DNA of 64,000 nt, taken from contig CAWJKZ010000012.1 in the NCBI GenBank assembly GCA_963843575.1, forward strand, positions 1-64,000, in the 5' to 3' direction. The notes below the pieces were generated by a model. It did no database searches, was not told where the DNA came from, and worked only from the letters and a program-made list of their open reading frames with translations. The translations under genes were made by a program, and so were the position numbers. Shown one piece after another: positions 42,135-50,936 of the stretch. How positions within the stretch are numbered: the stretch's first letter is position 1; every line of letters begins with the position of its first letter. This DNA is from an uncultured Acidobacteriota bacterium. GTDB taxonomy: Bacteria > Acidobacteriota > UBA6911.

Positions 42135-44401
42135 ATGAACCATGCACCCCCAAAGCGCGCCCCATGGCGCCCGGCGGGCTTCCGCACGCCGGTGGAGCGG
42201 CTCGTCGAAGCGGTGCTCACCCATTCTTCGGCGCCCAAGTCACCTCCGCCGCGGCTGCGTGAACTCGTGAAACGTGTGCTCGACTTCGATTCGGGGGCGA
42301 CGCGGGTGGTGATACTCGGTGGGGGGACGGGGTTGTCGACGGTCGTCGGCGGCAACTCCCAGATGCCGGACTGGCCGGAGCGCCCCTTCGTCGGCCTCAA
42401 ACAGGAGTTTCCCAGGCTGGACGTGGTCGTGTGCACGACCGACGACGGCGGATCGACGGGCCGCCTGCTCCAGTGCCTTCCGATGATCGGCATCGGCGAC
42501 CTGCGCAAGTCGTGCCTGTCCCTCATAAGGCCGGACAGGCTGCGCGAAACCTACGGCACCGCGGAACACGAGGCGCAGCCGATAGTCCGCGCGGTGCAGC
42601 GGATCTTCAACCACCGTTTCCCCGACAAGGGGAGGCACAAGCGCATTCTCAGGGACCCGCTTGCGCTGCTCCCCGTTGCCCTGCGCCGCAGCTGCCCCGC
42701 ACCGCTGGCCGATACGCTGCGTGCGCTCGCGGCACCGCTGGCCGACCCGGGATCACCGTTGTCCCTCGATCCGGGAGGCCATTGCCTGGGCAACCTGATC
42801 CTGACCTCCGCGGTTTTCCGGGCCGCGGGGGGCGGACCGACCGGGCGCCCGGTCTGGCCGCCGTCGAAGCCGGACTCGACGAGATCGCAGTCCGAATCGG
42901 AGCCCCGCGTCGGCTGCTGCACCCCGCCACCGCCACCCCGGGGCAGCTCAAGTTCCGTTATGCCAATGGAGTCGAGGTCTACGGCCAAAGCAAGTCGTCG
43001 TGGGCGAACCGGCGCTGTCCCGTCGAAAGGGTGACGGCCGAGTTCACCGCACCGCCGGCGGTCAGCACTGCGGTCCTGCGCGCCATCCGCGGTGCGGACC
43101 TCATCATCTACGCCCCTGGAAGCCTGTACACGAGCATCATCCCGATCCTGCAGATCCCCCAGATCGCGGCAGCCATCCGGGAAAACCGGGCCGCGCTGAA
43201 AATCCTCGGCGCGAATTCATGGATTCAGCAGGGGGAAACCGACATTTCGCTGCGGAACGAAGGGCGGGGATTCCTGGTTTCCGAGCTGATCGAGGCCTAC
43301 GACCGCAACGTGCCAGGCGGTGCCCGCGGGCTCTTCGGCGTCGTGCTGAGCGCGAACCTGGAGCAGATCCCCAGCAACATCCTGCGCAACTATGCGCTGG
43401 AGGGCAAGCGGCCCCATCCACCTGGACCGCACCCGGGTCGAGGAGATGGGATTCCAGCCGGTCGAGGCGAGCCTGCTGTCACCCGACCGCATGCAGATGG
43501 CTCTCGTGATCCACCACGACGCGCGGAAATTCGCCCTCGCCGTCCGGACGCTCCTCTGGGCGAGGACCTACATGCCATCCGCCCGGCCGGGCAGGCCTGA
43601 GCACGGACGGCGCAGCACTGCCACGGAAACCGCGGCAGCCCGGAGGGGGCATCCCCCCCTGTGCGCCCAACTGGCCGCGGTGTGCGAAACACTCGGAGGG
43701 AAGAGTATTCAAACCCCGGTCGCTCCGGCAGGTGCTGCTGAAACTGGCCTGGGAAAACCGCGATATCCGGCCCGCGCACCTTTCGGGTTTCCGTGGCGCG
43801 CGGGTCGTTCCTGCGGCGGTATGGAACCGTGAAACGGCATGGGACAACGTCCTGGGCTACTTCGATCCGGCGGACCGCTTTCTCAAGGTTCACGAATGCC
43901 TGCTCGACAACCCAGCCAAGCTGCGCGAAGATCTGCTGGTCGCGCTCGGGGAGTCCTTGCTCGGCAGGTACATCGAAAGCCGTCGCTGGGCCGACGATCA
44001 GGCGTTGCGCAGTTGCGGCGGCCGCTGTTACGAAATCGGGTTGAGGCCTCCCGCCAAGCGGGAGTGTTTCCTGGACGATGCGCGGCTGCGCACGTACCTG
44101 GGGCTTGCGCGCATGAGGCCCGATCCGACCAGACGACAGGGTTTACCGCATCGTGCTCAACGGAAGCGAGAGGTTCCTCCCTTCGGGCATCCTGTTCGGC
44201 CTGATGTTTGCCTGGTACCTGGACAGTGCCTACGGGTCGAAGATGGAATATGAGATGTCGCTCCTGCGCTTTCCGGCCGAGACGCTGATCCCGCACCAGG
44301 TTCAGGAACGCGCACGCAAACAGGCCCTGGTGACCTTTTTCCGCGAGGTGGTTTTCGGACACCCGGAAGAGGAGCCAAGACAGACGAGGATGAATCCATG
44401 A
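42135..44401 (+). CDS. Long YvcK/GlmR (CofD-like, gluconeogenesis factor) family protein with C-terminal extension; several frameshifts
   Basis: VVILGGGTGLS, TTDDGGSTG, GDLRK, HCLGNLIL, ADLIIYAPGSLYTSIIP and HHDARK; about 250 extra aa at the C-terminus. Confidence 0.82.
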
Positions 44402-45320
44402 GAATGATGCCGGTGGCCGCCATTCTGCTGTGCGCCTCCCTGATTGCCGGCTGCGGCCGCAACGCCGGGCAGAAGACGATCGGGGTCTCGCTCCTTACCA
44501 AGGAGCACGTGTTTTACCGGGACATGGAGAAAGCGCTGCGCGACACGGCCGCGAAGCACAACTTCAACCTCATCGTGAACTCCGGCGACTGGGACCTGGC
44601 CAAGCACCAGGCCCAGATCGAAAACTACATCGTGCAGAAGGTCGACGCCATCATCGTGTGCCCTTGCGATTCCAGGGGGATAGGCCCTGCGATACAGAAG
44701 GCGAACTGCCGCCGGCATCCCCGTGTTCACGGCGGACATCCGCGCTGAAGGGGGCGAGATCGTCAGCCAGATCGCGTCCGACAATCTGGCGGGGGGGCGG
44801 CAGGCCGCCGAATACCTGGCCCGGCTGCTCAACGGGAAGGGCGAGGTCGCCATCATCGACCAGCCGATCACGCAGTCGGTCATCGATCGTGTGCGCGGTT
44901 TCATGGAGGTCATGGCCAGGTACCCCGAGATCCGCGTCGTGGCGCGGCCGAGCGGCGAGGGCGTGCGCGACAAATCCATGAAGGCCGCAGAAGATCTGCT
45001 GCAGGGATTTCCCGCGGTTGGCCGGGATCTTCGGCATCAACGACGACAGCGCCCTCGGCGCCCTCGCGGCCGTGGAGGCGGCCGGCCGCAAGGGCATCGT
45101 CATCGTCGGTTTCGACGCGATCCCGGAGGCACGGCAGGCCATCCTGCGCGGGAGCGCCCTGAAGGCGGACGTGGTCCAATACCCGCTCGAGATCGGGCGC
45201 ATCACCATCGAAACCATCGCGCAACACCTCTCCGGGCAGCCCGTTCCCAAGGACATCCCCGTCAAGGTCGGAATCGTGGACGCCTCCAATGCCCGGGAAG
45301 GAGTTCAGACCAACCCATGA
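44398..45320 (+). CDS. RbsB-like sugar-binding lipoprotein; frameshifted
   Basis: Lipobox IAGC; KVDAIIV, GIPVFTAD, IASDNLAGGRQAA, IFGINDDSALG, VGFDA and VQYP. Confidence 0.85.
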
Positions 45321-46157
45321 GCCCAACAATCGACATACGGGTCGCCCACAGCCCGGATTCCGACGACGCCTTCATGTTTTACGGTCTGGCGACCGGCAAG
45401 GTGGCCGTCCGGCGAGTTTCGGTTCACCCACATCCTCGAGGACATCGAGTCGCTCAACCGGAAGGCCCTCAAGGGCGAGTACGAGGTGACGGCGGTGTCC
45501 ATTCACGCCTACGCGTACGTGTCGCCAGCTGTACGCGCTACTGCCCGTCCGGGGCCAGCATGGGTGATCGATACGGCCCGCTCGTCGTGCGCGCCGACCC
45601 TGGAAGCTCGCCGAGCTGAAGGGCAAGACCATCGCCGTTCCCGGGAAGATGACGACCGCCTTTCTAGCGCTGAAACTGCTTGAACCCGAGTTCGAGCCGC
45701 TGGTGATTCCCTTCGACCGAATCATGGCGGCCGTCGATCGACGGCGACCGCCGACGCCGGGCTGCTGATCCATGAGGGACAGCTGACTTACGGGCGAGGA
45801 GGGGCTCCACAAGGTCGTCGACCTCGGGCGAGTGGTGGTTCGAGAAGCACGGGCTGCCGCTGCCGCTGGGCGGCAACGCCATCCGGCGCGACCTCGGGTC
45901 CGGAGCGGATCGACGGTGTCCGCACTCCTGCGCGAGAGCATCCGGTACGGACTCGACCACCGGGAGGCGGCCCTCGAGCACTCGCTCCGGTTCGCGCGCG
46001 GCCTCGAGCCAGCCCAGGCCGACCGGTTCGTTTCGATGTACGTCAACGATCGGACCCTGGACTACGGCCCCGAGGGCCGCGAGCGCGCGCGTACTGCTCG
46101 ATCAGGCGTGGGAACATCGTCTGATCCGTCTCCGGTCAGCCGGATTTCACGGACTGA
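45317..46157 (+). CDS. mqnD: MqnA/MqnD/SBP family protein (1,4-dihydroxy-6-naphthoate synthase-like); heavily frameshifted
   Basis: AHSPDSDDAFMFY, DIESLN, AVSIHAY, GASMGDRYGP, AVPGKMTTA, LIHEGQLT, LPLPLGGN and FVSMYVN. Confidence 0.82.
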
Positions 46158-46176
46158 GGCGGCCGGGAAATCCCAA

Positions 46177-46309
46177 GGGGTCCGGGCTTCAGCCCGGACG
46201 CTGTTTGCGGTCGCTATAACGTGCGCCCGTCGCCACATAGATCAGATCAAAAGACGTCCGGGCTGAAGCCCGGACCCACTTGGACAGCCTCTGAAGCTCG
46301 GACCCACTG
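46177..46309. repeat. REPIN-like element, copy B (plus a partial third arm)
   Basis: GTCCGGGCTTCAGCCCGGAC...TTGCGGTCGCTATA...TCAGATCAAAAGACGTCCGGGCTGAAGCCCGGACCCACT, then CTGAAGCTCGGACCCACT. Confidence 0.8.
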
Positions 46310-46381
46310 ACGGTTGACGGAGCGGTTGACCGATCTTAATTTCCATAGTCAGGTTTTACTCCGAAAGGAGGCCATGCAGCA

Positions 46382-46688
46382 GTGCCCATATACGAGTATC
46401 AGTGCTCTAATTGCGGTGAGGTTTTTGAAGCTTTCCAGAAGATTCACGACAACCCTTGTACGGAGTGCAAGTTCTGCCACGGACGGGTCGAGAAGCTGAT
46501 CAGCCACTCCAGCTTTCAGCTCAAAGGCGAGCGGCTGGTACCTTACGGATTACGCGCGCAAGTCCCAACCCTCTTCTTCCGGCAGCGTGGGGGAATCCAA
46601 ACCGGCGGACAAGAGCGACAAGGGAACCGAGTCGAAACCGGCGGCCGCGCCCCGCCAAAGGGAGCAAAACCGATTGAGGGGGATGTGA
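46382..46688 (+). CDS. FmdB family zinc-ribbon protein; frameshifted near 46527, 3' end approximate
   Basis: AAGGAGG RBS; MPIYEYQCSNCG...CKFCHG...KLIS...FQLKG, then SGWYLTDY in the shifted frame. Confidence 0.85.
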
Positions 46689-47198
46689 ACCCACCCAGTT
46701 CTCGGGGAACAGCGCAAGCTGGTCATCCACGCTGCAGACGAGGCGGAGCAGCACACCTCGAGCTATTACTGTTTTCCGCCCCACCGCTGGCAGATGCTTC
46801 GCTACGACCTGCTTACCAGGCAGGATAACGAGTGGGAACCCCTGCCCGAGCGTATTCTGGCCCGGGTTCAACACATCGAGGCGGTCCAACCGGCACGGCG
46901 CTGCAATTACGACTTCTACCGGATCCAGCTGAACGATCCGGGCATCCTGGGGGCGGCTGAACGGGAGAACATCGCCGCCGATCTCTACCCGTTTCTCGTT
47001 TACATCATCACCCACGAACTGGTGCATCTGGTGCGGCTGAGCAGCATCGTGGACGACCGCCGGCACGTCGAGGCGGCGCCCGAGTGCGAGGAGGCGCGCG
47101 TGCAACAAGTCGCGCGCCAGGTGCTTGCGCGCAGCGGACACCGCGGGTTCGATGCCGTGTTCGACAGGTTCTGCTCCCCGCTGTCCGCCGCCGATTGA
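46685..47198 (+). CDS. Hypothetical protein with HExxH zinc-metallopeptidase-like motif (start approximate)
   Basis: ORF 46794..47198 contains YIITHELVHLVR and a downstream CEEARV; the frame stays open upstream to about 46710. Confidence 0.6.
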
Positions 47199-47223
47199 CT
47201 CCCCACCGGGCTCCTGCAATAAT
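47195..47223 (+). promoter_or_regulatory. Putative sigma70 promoter for the selenoprotein operon
   Basis: TTGACT-N17-AATAAT with an extended -10 TG; AAGGAG RBS at 47265-47270. Confidence 0.55.
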
Positions 47224-47277
47224 CCCCACCGTGTTCGTCCGTCTCCGGGACGCTGTCACCGGCCAAGGAGATAGCCG

Positions 47278-47751
47278 ATGAAGCAGACCAACGAAATCCA
47301 GATCGGTGAGGAAGCGCCCGACTTCACGTTGCCAAGCCACCTGGGCACAAACGTGTCGTTGAGCGACTACCGAGGAAAGAAGAATGTCGTGCTGGCGTTT
47401 TACCCGGCCGCATTCACACCCGTCTGAACGATCCAGATGCCCTCGTACGAAGAAGACCTCTCCGAGTTCGAGCGGCACGATGCCCAGGTTCTGGGCATAA
47501 GCGCAGACAATACCCATTCCAACAAGGCCTGGGCCAACTCGATGGGGGGAATCTCCTACCCCCTGCTGAGCGATTTCTGGCCCCACGGCTACGTAGCGGT
47601 CAAATACAATGTCCTGCGCTCGGAAGGCATCACCGAGCGCGCCCTGTTTGTGGTCGACAAGCAGGGGATCATCAGGTACAAAGACATACACCCGATTGCA
47701 GACCAGCCCAGGAACAACGAGCTGTTCGAGGCATTGAAGCAACTAAGCTGA
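47278..47751 (+). CDS. Selenocysteine-containing peroxiredoxin (AhpC/TSA, AhpE-like), 157 aa, Sec50
   Basis: MKQTNEIQIGEEAPDFTL...VVLAFYPAAFTPV-TGA(47425-47427)-TIQMPSY continues in frame into ORF 47437..47751 (VLGISAD, YPLLSDF, ERALFVVDKQG). The TGA occupies the peroxidatic Cys position of PxxxTxxC. Confidence 0.88.
47438..47477 (+). promoter_or_regulatory. Tentative bacterial SECIS hairpin for the peroxiredoxin UGA
   Basis: By eye TGCCCTCG pairs with CGAG(C)GGCA, with an inner AGA-AGACC-TCT; apical loop G about 28 nt after the UGA; not computed. Confidence 0.4.
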
Positions 47752-47795
47752 GCTTCCCCGGGGCCGCGTCCCGGAACTGGACGGCCGGAGCACCT

Positions 47796-48485
47796 ATGCA
47801 CGATATCGCACGAAACTGCATCCCGTACACGCCCTTCACGGGTAAGCTGGAGCGTAGCAGGATTTGCCTGGTCACCACGGCGGGGGTCCACCTCAAGACG
47901 CAGCCTCCGTTTGTGCTGGCGGGCGACACGTCGATCCGGCTCTTGCCGGCCGCGGCGCAGGCCGGCGAACTCGTCATCAGCCACGAACACTACGACACAA
48001 CCGACGCGTTGAAGGACATCAACTGCATGTTCCCTGTGGGGATACTGCGCGACCTGGCGGCGGAAGGCTGCATAGAGGCGACGACACAGGAACATGTCTC
48101 CATGGGATTCTCCCAGGCGATGCGGGAAATCCGGGAAAAGACTTCGTTCGAGATCGCCGCCGTCGTCCGCAGGCTGAAAGCGGATGCCGTGCTGCTGACC
48201 GCCGGTTGACCACTTTGCCACCGGACGGTCGTCACGTTACAGCGCGCAATCGAGATGGAAGGCATACCGACGGTCCTGGTGACTGTCGATCCCGAACAAT
48301 CCTGGCAGGCGCGGCCGTCGCGCGCCCTGCACCCCGTCGGCTTCAAACTCGGCAACTCGCTCGGAAACCCCGGCGCCGCCGAGTTGCAGAAGGCGGTCGT
48401 GATGGACGCCCTGGGCATCATGCTCGATCCCCCCGAACCGGGCACCATCGTGGACAAAGAGTATCCCGCCTACTCCACTGCCTGA
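47796..48485 (+). CDS. prdB: PrdB/GrdB-family selenoprotein B (D-proline reductase PrdB-like), 229 aa, Sec138
   Basis: LVTTAGVH, F.LAGD, SHEHYD...KDINCMFP, then VLLTAG-TGA(48207-48209)-PLCHRTVVTLQRAIEMEGIPTV in frame with ORF 48255..48485; UxxC motif as in PrdB. Confidence 0.88.
48222..48236 (+). promoter_or_regulatory. Putative bacterial SECIS element for the PrdB-like UGA
   Basis: CG-GAC-GGTC-GTC-(A)-CG hairpin with the GGUC loop starting at +18 after the UGA; same loop and near-identical spacing to the E. coli fdhF SECIS as I recall it. Confidence 0.55.
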
Positions 48486-48641
48486 ATATTGCCTTCGGGA
48501 TGGCAGGGGGCGTCCGGGGACAGTGCGCCCCCGGGCGGATGGTCGTCCCAGGAGTTCTCTCGGGACCTGACCCCGCGTCCCCTTTTTGTGGATAATAGCC
48601 ACGCACGCGATCGCACTTTGTGCAGACGTCGAGAGGCAGGC

Positions 48642-49715
48642 ATGACTCAAGTGGACGGCCACGTACTGGTTGCCGACGTGGGGGGCACACACGTCGGCAT
48701 CGCTATCTTCGCACACAGCCGGAACGGCAGATTTAAACCGGTCCGGCACGAAACCCTGCTCAGCCGCAAAACTAGGAACTTTCCGGATGCGCTCAGGCGT
48801 TTTCTGCGCCGCAACGGGCGGCTCGAACCCAAGGTCACGAGTGCCTGCATCGATTTCGCCGGTCCGATTGGCCCAGACCGGTCGCGTGCGGTGCTCACAA
48901 ACCTCTCCTGGGGCTTCGGTGCCGACGAGATCCGAGACTCGACCGGCCTCGACGAAGTCACGCTGCTCAATGATTTCGAAGCGGTGGGGCACGGGGTGGA
49001 GACTCTGCTCTCCAACCGGCCGGAGGCGTTCACGCGCATTTCCCGGTCAGGGAAGCTCCCTTCCCCGAAGGGTGCGCGCAAGCCGACCCTGGCCGTCATC
49101 GGCGCGGGGACCGGGCTTGGGACGACGGTACTCGTACACGACGCGGGTGCGGGAAAGTACCGGCCTGTACCCGGCGAGGGGGGGCACACCGACTTCACGG
49201 CCGTCGAGGAAGACGAGTTCCGCATCGGCCAGTGGATCCGACGGAATGTGAACCTTTCCCCGGATGCACCCCTGAACCGGGAGAAGGTGGTCAGCGGCCC
49301 GGGGTTGGTCAACGTCTACCGGGCGCTGTCCGAACTCGAACCTGGCCTGGGCGACCGGCGCATCGCCTCCAAAGTCCTGTCGTCAGACCCGTACGACCGG
49401 CCGGCCGTCGTGGCGCAAAACGCGGACAAGGATCCCCTGTGCCGCAAGGCGATGGACACCTGGATCCGGTGCTATGCCGCCGCCGCAAAGAACTGCGCGA
49501 TATTCCCCCTGGCGCCCGGGGGCGTGTTCCTCGCGGGCGGAATCGCCGCCAAGATCCTGCCGGAATTCCAGTCGGGGGCTTTCATGCGGGAATTCACGCG
49601 CTGCGACGTTCCCAATATCCGGGCCATTCTGAAGCGCATCCCGGTCTTCGTCATCACGGACTACAGGATTGGGCTTTACGGGTGTGCGAATGTGGCGGTG
49701 AACGGCTTGCCGTGA
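48642..49715 (+). CDS. glk: Glucokinase
   Basis: ADVGGT, AGP, LTNLSW, LNDFEA, GAGTGLG, EGGHTDF, VSGPGL and GGVFLAGGIA. Confidence 0.92.
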   Translation: MTQVDGHVLVADVGGTHVGIAIFAHSRNGRFKPVRHETLLSRKTRNFPDALRRFLRRNGRLEPKVTSACIDFAGPIGPDRSRAVLTNLSWGFGADEIRDSTGLDEVTLLNDFEAVGHGVETLLSNRPEAFTRISRSGKLPSPKGARKPTLAVIGAGTGLGTTVLVHDAGAGKYRPVPGEGGHTDFTAVEEDEFRIGQWIRRNVNLSPDAPLNREKVVSGPGLVNVYRALSELEPGLGDRRIASKVLSSDPYDRPAVVAQNADKDPLCRKAMDTWIRCYAAAAKNCAIFPLAPGGVFLAGGIAAKILPEFQSGAFMREFTRCDVPNIRAILKRIPVFVITDYRIGLYGCANVAVNGLP

Positions 49716-49748
49716 CAACGGTCGTGCAAGGCGTGCCATCGGCAGGTA

Positions 49749-50921
49749 TCAGGGCCGGTCGCCAACCGCTTCCGACTGCGGCTCGTCCTCGAGCTCCGCG
49801 TGCAGGACCGCCGAAGCTAGTTCCAGGACTCTGGCAAGATCGTCCCCTGCCCCGCAGGTGGCAAACCCGATGTTCATGCGCAGCCCGGCGCAACGCGGAT
49901 CGGGATGGCCCGCCTGCCAGGCCCGGAAAACACGCCTGATGTGGCTTACCCTCGAGGATAGCCGCTCCGGGGTCACGCCGGGAAACAGGAGCAGCAGCTC
50001 GTCGCCCCGGTGCAACGACACGGAATCGCGCCCTTGGAGGCTTCCCGCGAGCACGTTGCGGATCTCGAGCAGCGTCTTGACCGCAGGCGACAGCACCCCC
50101 GGGCGGGGTTCCGGGCTTTCAACCTGCAGGAGCACCACCGACAGCGTATCCGGCTCCTCGATTCCTTCGGGCGGACGCCCGACCTGCGGGGCCGGGCCTT
50201 CTCGGACGGTGGCGGAGGCAAGCAGCCGGACGTGTCCGATGATCCCGGCGAGGACCCGGAGTATCCTCACGTGGTTTTCGCGGAAATAAGACGGGGTGGA
50301 GTGGCCCAGGATCAGCATCCCCACGTCTTCGCCCTGGTGCGTAACCGTTGCGCACACAAGTGAACGGACCACGCTCGGCCAATCGACCGCCTGGAAACGA
50401 GCATCCCGGTACACATCGGGGATATTCAGGCTGTTGTCAGGGCCCTCTTTGGCCAGGTTTGCCACCACTTCGTAGGACCGCGGGCTGCCGGAGAGGCTCC
50501 CCCCGCCGTGGATGCGGAGGAACTCGTGATCCTCGCGCGTGCCTTCCAGACAGAACGGTTGGCCATCGTTTTCCAGCCCGAGGTGGAACACCATCCCGCA
50601 ATACTCGGCCTCGAAATCCTCCAGCACACCGTGCGCGATGTCGACACAGATCTCCTCGACATCTACTTTATACTTTATCTTCTCGATGATCCGGCAGAAT
50701 GCCGACAGGAATTCGATGTTCTCTTCGAGCAGGCCGTTGACCTCGACGATGGCGCTGCGGTAGCTCGCGATAATCCTCTCGAAGAGGGCCCTCTCCTCGG
50801 AGAACGGTTCGACGATCGACGGCTCGTCCTCCGATGCCATGTCCTTCAGCTCGGCGTGCTGCCTCGCATCGTGCAGCAGAATTGCCTCGATGCGTGATCG
50901 TACCCTGCCCTCGATGTCCAT
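49749..50921 (-). CDS. GAF-domain protein with a degenerate GGDEF-like C-terminal domain
   Basis: Coiled coil; GAF motifs IPDVYRDARF, RSLVCA and VGMLILG; C-terminal RGDELLLL and NIGFAT. Confidence 0.72.
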   Translation of the reverse strand: MDIEGRVRSRIEAILLHDARQHAELKDMASEDEPSIVEPFSEERALFERIIASYRSAIVEVNGLLEENIEFLSAFCRIIEKIKYKVDVEEICVDIAHGVLEDFEAEYCGMVFHLGLENDGQPFCLEGTREDHEFLRIHGGGSLSGSPRSYEVVANLAKEGPDNSLNIPDVYRDARFQAVDWPSVVRSLVCATVTHQGEDVGMLILGHSTPSYFRENHVRILRVLAGIIGHVRLLASATVREGPAPQVGRPPEGIEEPDTLSVVLLQVESPEPRPGVLSPAVKTLLEIRNVLAGSLQGRDSVSLHRGDELLLLFPGVTPERLSSRVSHIRRVFRAWQAGHPDPRCAGLRMNIGFATCGAGDDLARVLELASAVLHAELEDEPQSEAVGDRP

Positions 50922-50936
50922 TTGAGCAACTGTCCT

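Noticed and set aside
47425-48209. Genome-wide TGA reassignment, or plain pseudogenes, as the explanation of the in-frame TGAs
   Set aside because: Many genes here end normally in TGA, including ATGA overlaps. Both internal TGAs fall on catalytic Cys/Sec positions with intact sequence downstream.
46310-48640. tRNA-Sec, other tRNA or a riboswitch near the selenoprotein genes
   Set aside because: No cloverleaf, T-loop consensus or recognisable aptamer seen by eye.
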